This document shows positions 62,794 through 64,000 of a stretch of 64,000 nt of DNA, one piece after another. This DNA comes from Actinomycetes bacterium. Lineage in GTDB: Bacteria > Actinomycetota > Actinomycetes > Actinomycetales > Dermatophilaceae. The stretch covers positions 3,033 through 67,032 of the forward strand of contig JAKPEG010000068.1 of NCBI GenBank assembly GCA_029552065.1. The letters are read 5' to 3'. The stretch's first letter is position 1. Each line of letters begins with the position of its first letter. Position numbers and translations under genes: made by a program. Under the pieces are notes generated by a model. It had not been told where the DNA came from and searched no databases. It was given only the letters and a program-made list of their open reading frames with translations.

Positions 62794-64000
62794 GTGAGCG
62801 TCGCGGAGGCCATTGCGGGATGGGCTCGGGAGCTGTCGGAGGTCGGCGGCCCCAACACCCTGCTGTGGGCACCCGAGCGGCGCGACGGCTTCCTCGACCT
62901 CTCGACGGCCCATCCCGGCGGGGTCTCGATGCTCCTGGCCGGGCGGCCGACGAGCCTGTCCGACCTCGTCCGCGAGCCGGCGGCCTTCGAGGAGGCGCGC
63001 GAGGTCGCCCGCCGGATCCACGCGGCCGCCGCGGACCTGCTCGCGGAGCGGGGCCTCGTCGCCGGCTTCGTCGCCATCGGCGTCGCGACCTGGGATCCGC
63101 CGCGCGCCCGCGCCGTCGTCGAGGCACCCGTCCTGTTGCGCCCGTGCCGCCTGCGGCCGGTGAGCGCGGCGGAGGCCGACTTCGACCTCGACCTCGGGCC
63201 GACCGTCGAGGTCAACCCGGCGCTGGTCACCTACCTGCGCTCCGTCGCGGGCATCGAGATCGACCCGGTCGCGCTCGCCGGCCTCACCGCGCTGCGCCCG
63301 AACGCAGGTCACGGTTCGCAGGCCGCCGGTTTCGACCCCTACCCCGTGTATGCCGCCCTCGGTCGCCTCTGCGCCGACCTGCCCGGCTTCGCGGTGAGCC
63401 CTCGACTCGTCGTGGGCAGCTACCCCTACGCCAAGCCCGACATGGTGGCCGACGTCGGCGGTCACACGGCCTGGCTGGCCAAGGTCGACGTGGTCGCCGC
63501 GCTCGCCAGCGACCCGGAGGCCACCCGCCGACTTGCCCACGCCCTGCCCGATCCGGTCGCCGACGCCGATCCCGAGCAGGAGCTCACCCCGCTGCCGCTC
63601 GACCCGGTCCAGGCGGCCGCGGTCTCCGACGCACAGGCCGGGCGATCCCACGTCCTCACCGCACCGCTCGGCACCGGCCGCACGCAGACCCTCGCCGCCC
63701 TCGTGGCGGCCGCCGCGTACACCGGCCGGCGCGTCCTCTACGTCACCCCACGCCGCGCTAGCCTCGATGCGCTGGTGGAGCGGCTCGGGCGCCTCGGCCT
63801 GGGCGATCTCGTCCTCGACCTCACCGGCGCGGGAGCGGACCGCAGTGCGGTCGCAGCCGAGCTGAGCATCGCCCTCGAACGGCTGGCCGAGCTCGACGAC
63901 TCCACCCTCGCCCGGCAGGCCGAGCCGGCCGGCCGGGTCGCCCGGGCGACCGAGGCCGCCGAACGTCAGGACGTCCTGGCCGAACACGTCGCCGCCGTGC
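62794..64000 (+). CDS. DUF4011/Upf1-like SF1 helicase family protein (partial; continues past the right edge)
   Basis: Not in the ORF track because there is no stop inside the window. Manual translation from GTG 62794 gives VSVAEAIAGWARELSEVGGPNTLLWAPERRDGFLDLSTAHPGGVSMLLAGRPTSLSDLVREP...SYPYAKPDMVAD...LDPVQAAAVSDAQAGRSHVLTAPLGTGRTQTLAALVAAA. That is 402 uninterrupted codons with very high GC3 and a P-loop-like APLGTGRTQT. Confidence 0.72.
   Translation, partial: MSVAEAIAGWARELSEVGGPNTLLWAPERRDGFLDLSTAHPGGVSMLLAGRPTSLSDLVREPAAFEEAREVARRIHAAAADLLAERGLVAGFVAIGVATWDPPRARAVVEAPVLLRPCRLRPVSAAEADFDLDLGPTVEVNPALVTYLRSVAGIEIDPVALAGLTALRPNAGHGSQAAGFDPYPVYAALGRLCADLPGFAVSPRLVVGSYPYAKPDMVADVGGHTAWLAKVDVVAALASDPEATRRLAHALPDPVADADPEQELTPLPLDPVQAAAVSDAQAGRSHVLTAPLGTGRTQTLAALVAAAAYTGRRVLYVTPRRASLDALVERLGRLGLGDLVLDLTGAGADRSAVAAELSIALERLAELDDSTLARQAEPAGRVARATEAAERQDVLAEHVAAV

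Overview
High-G+C (about 70% by eye) actinobacterial chromosomal DNA that is densely coding. I support about 63 CDS, one tRNA-Arg(CCU) and one c-di-AMP (ydaO-class) riboswitch. I saw no rRNA, CRISPR array, transposase or integrase. Two CDS at the window edges are missing from the ORF track: 1..705 (-) and 62794..64000 (+). Many long track ORFs are antisense or read-through artefacts of the high G+C content.

Core gene order resembles, from memory, the conserved mycobacterial XPB-to-citA neighbourhood. It runs XPB helicase, its helicase-associated partner, a CspB-like protein, DUF3027, serC, a citA-like citrate synthase, pdxH and ideR.

Accessory blocks are interleaved with this core:
- a HelD/HelR-like RNA-polymerase-associated ATPase
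- a DUF222-HNH (REP13E12-type) gene with a leaderless consensus promoter
- a BMP-type nucleoside ABC transporter
- a tetrose/erythrulose-like catabolic cluster (DAK kinase, RpiB, TIM, xylose-isomerase-fold isomerase, dehydrogenase, MFS, GntR)
- an 11-gene translationally coupled operon built around a BKACE enzyme, a 3-hydroxyacyl-CoA-dehydrogenase-family enzyme and a Liv-type ABC importer
- a Pnkp-Hen1 RNA-repair operon with a divergent RlaP-like nucleotidyltransferase and a NYN-domain protein

The most unusual signal is not a gene. The asymmetric octamer GTATGCCG occurs about 67 times by hand count (37 plus strand, 30 minus strand) against roughly 2 expected from base composition. It appears in all six reading frames and in intergenic DNA. 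It locally changes codon and amino-acid usage, and occasionally forms inverted pairs.
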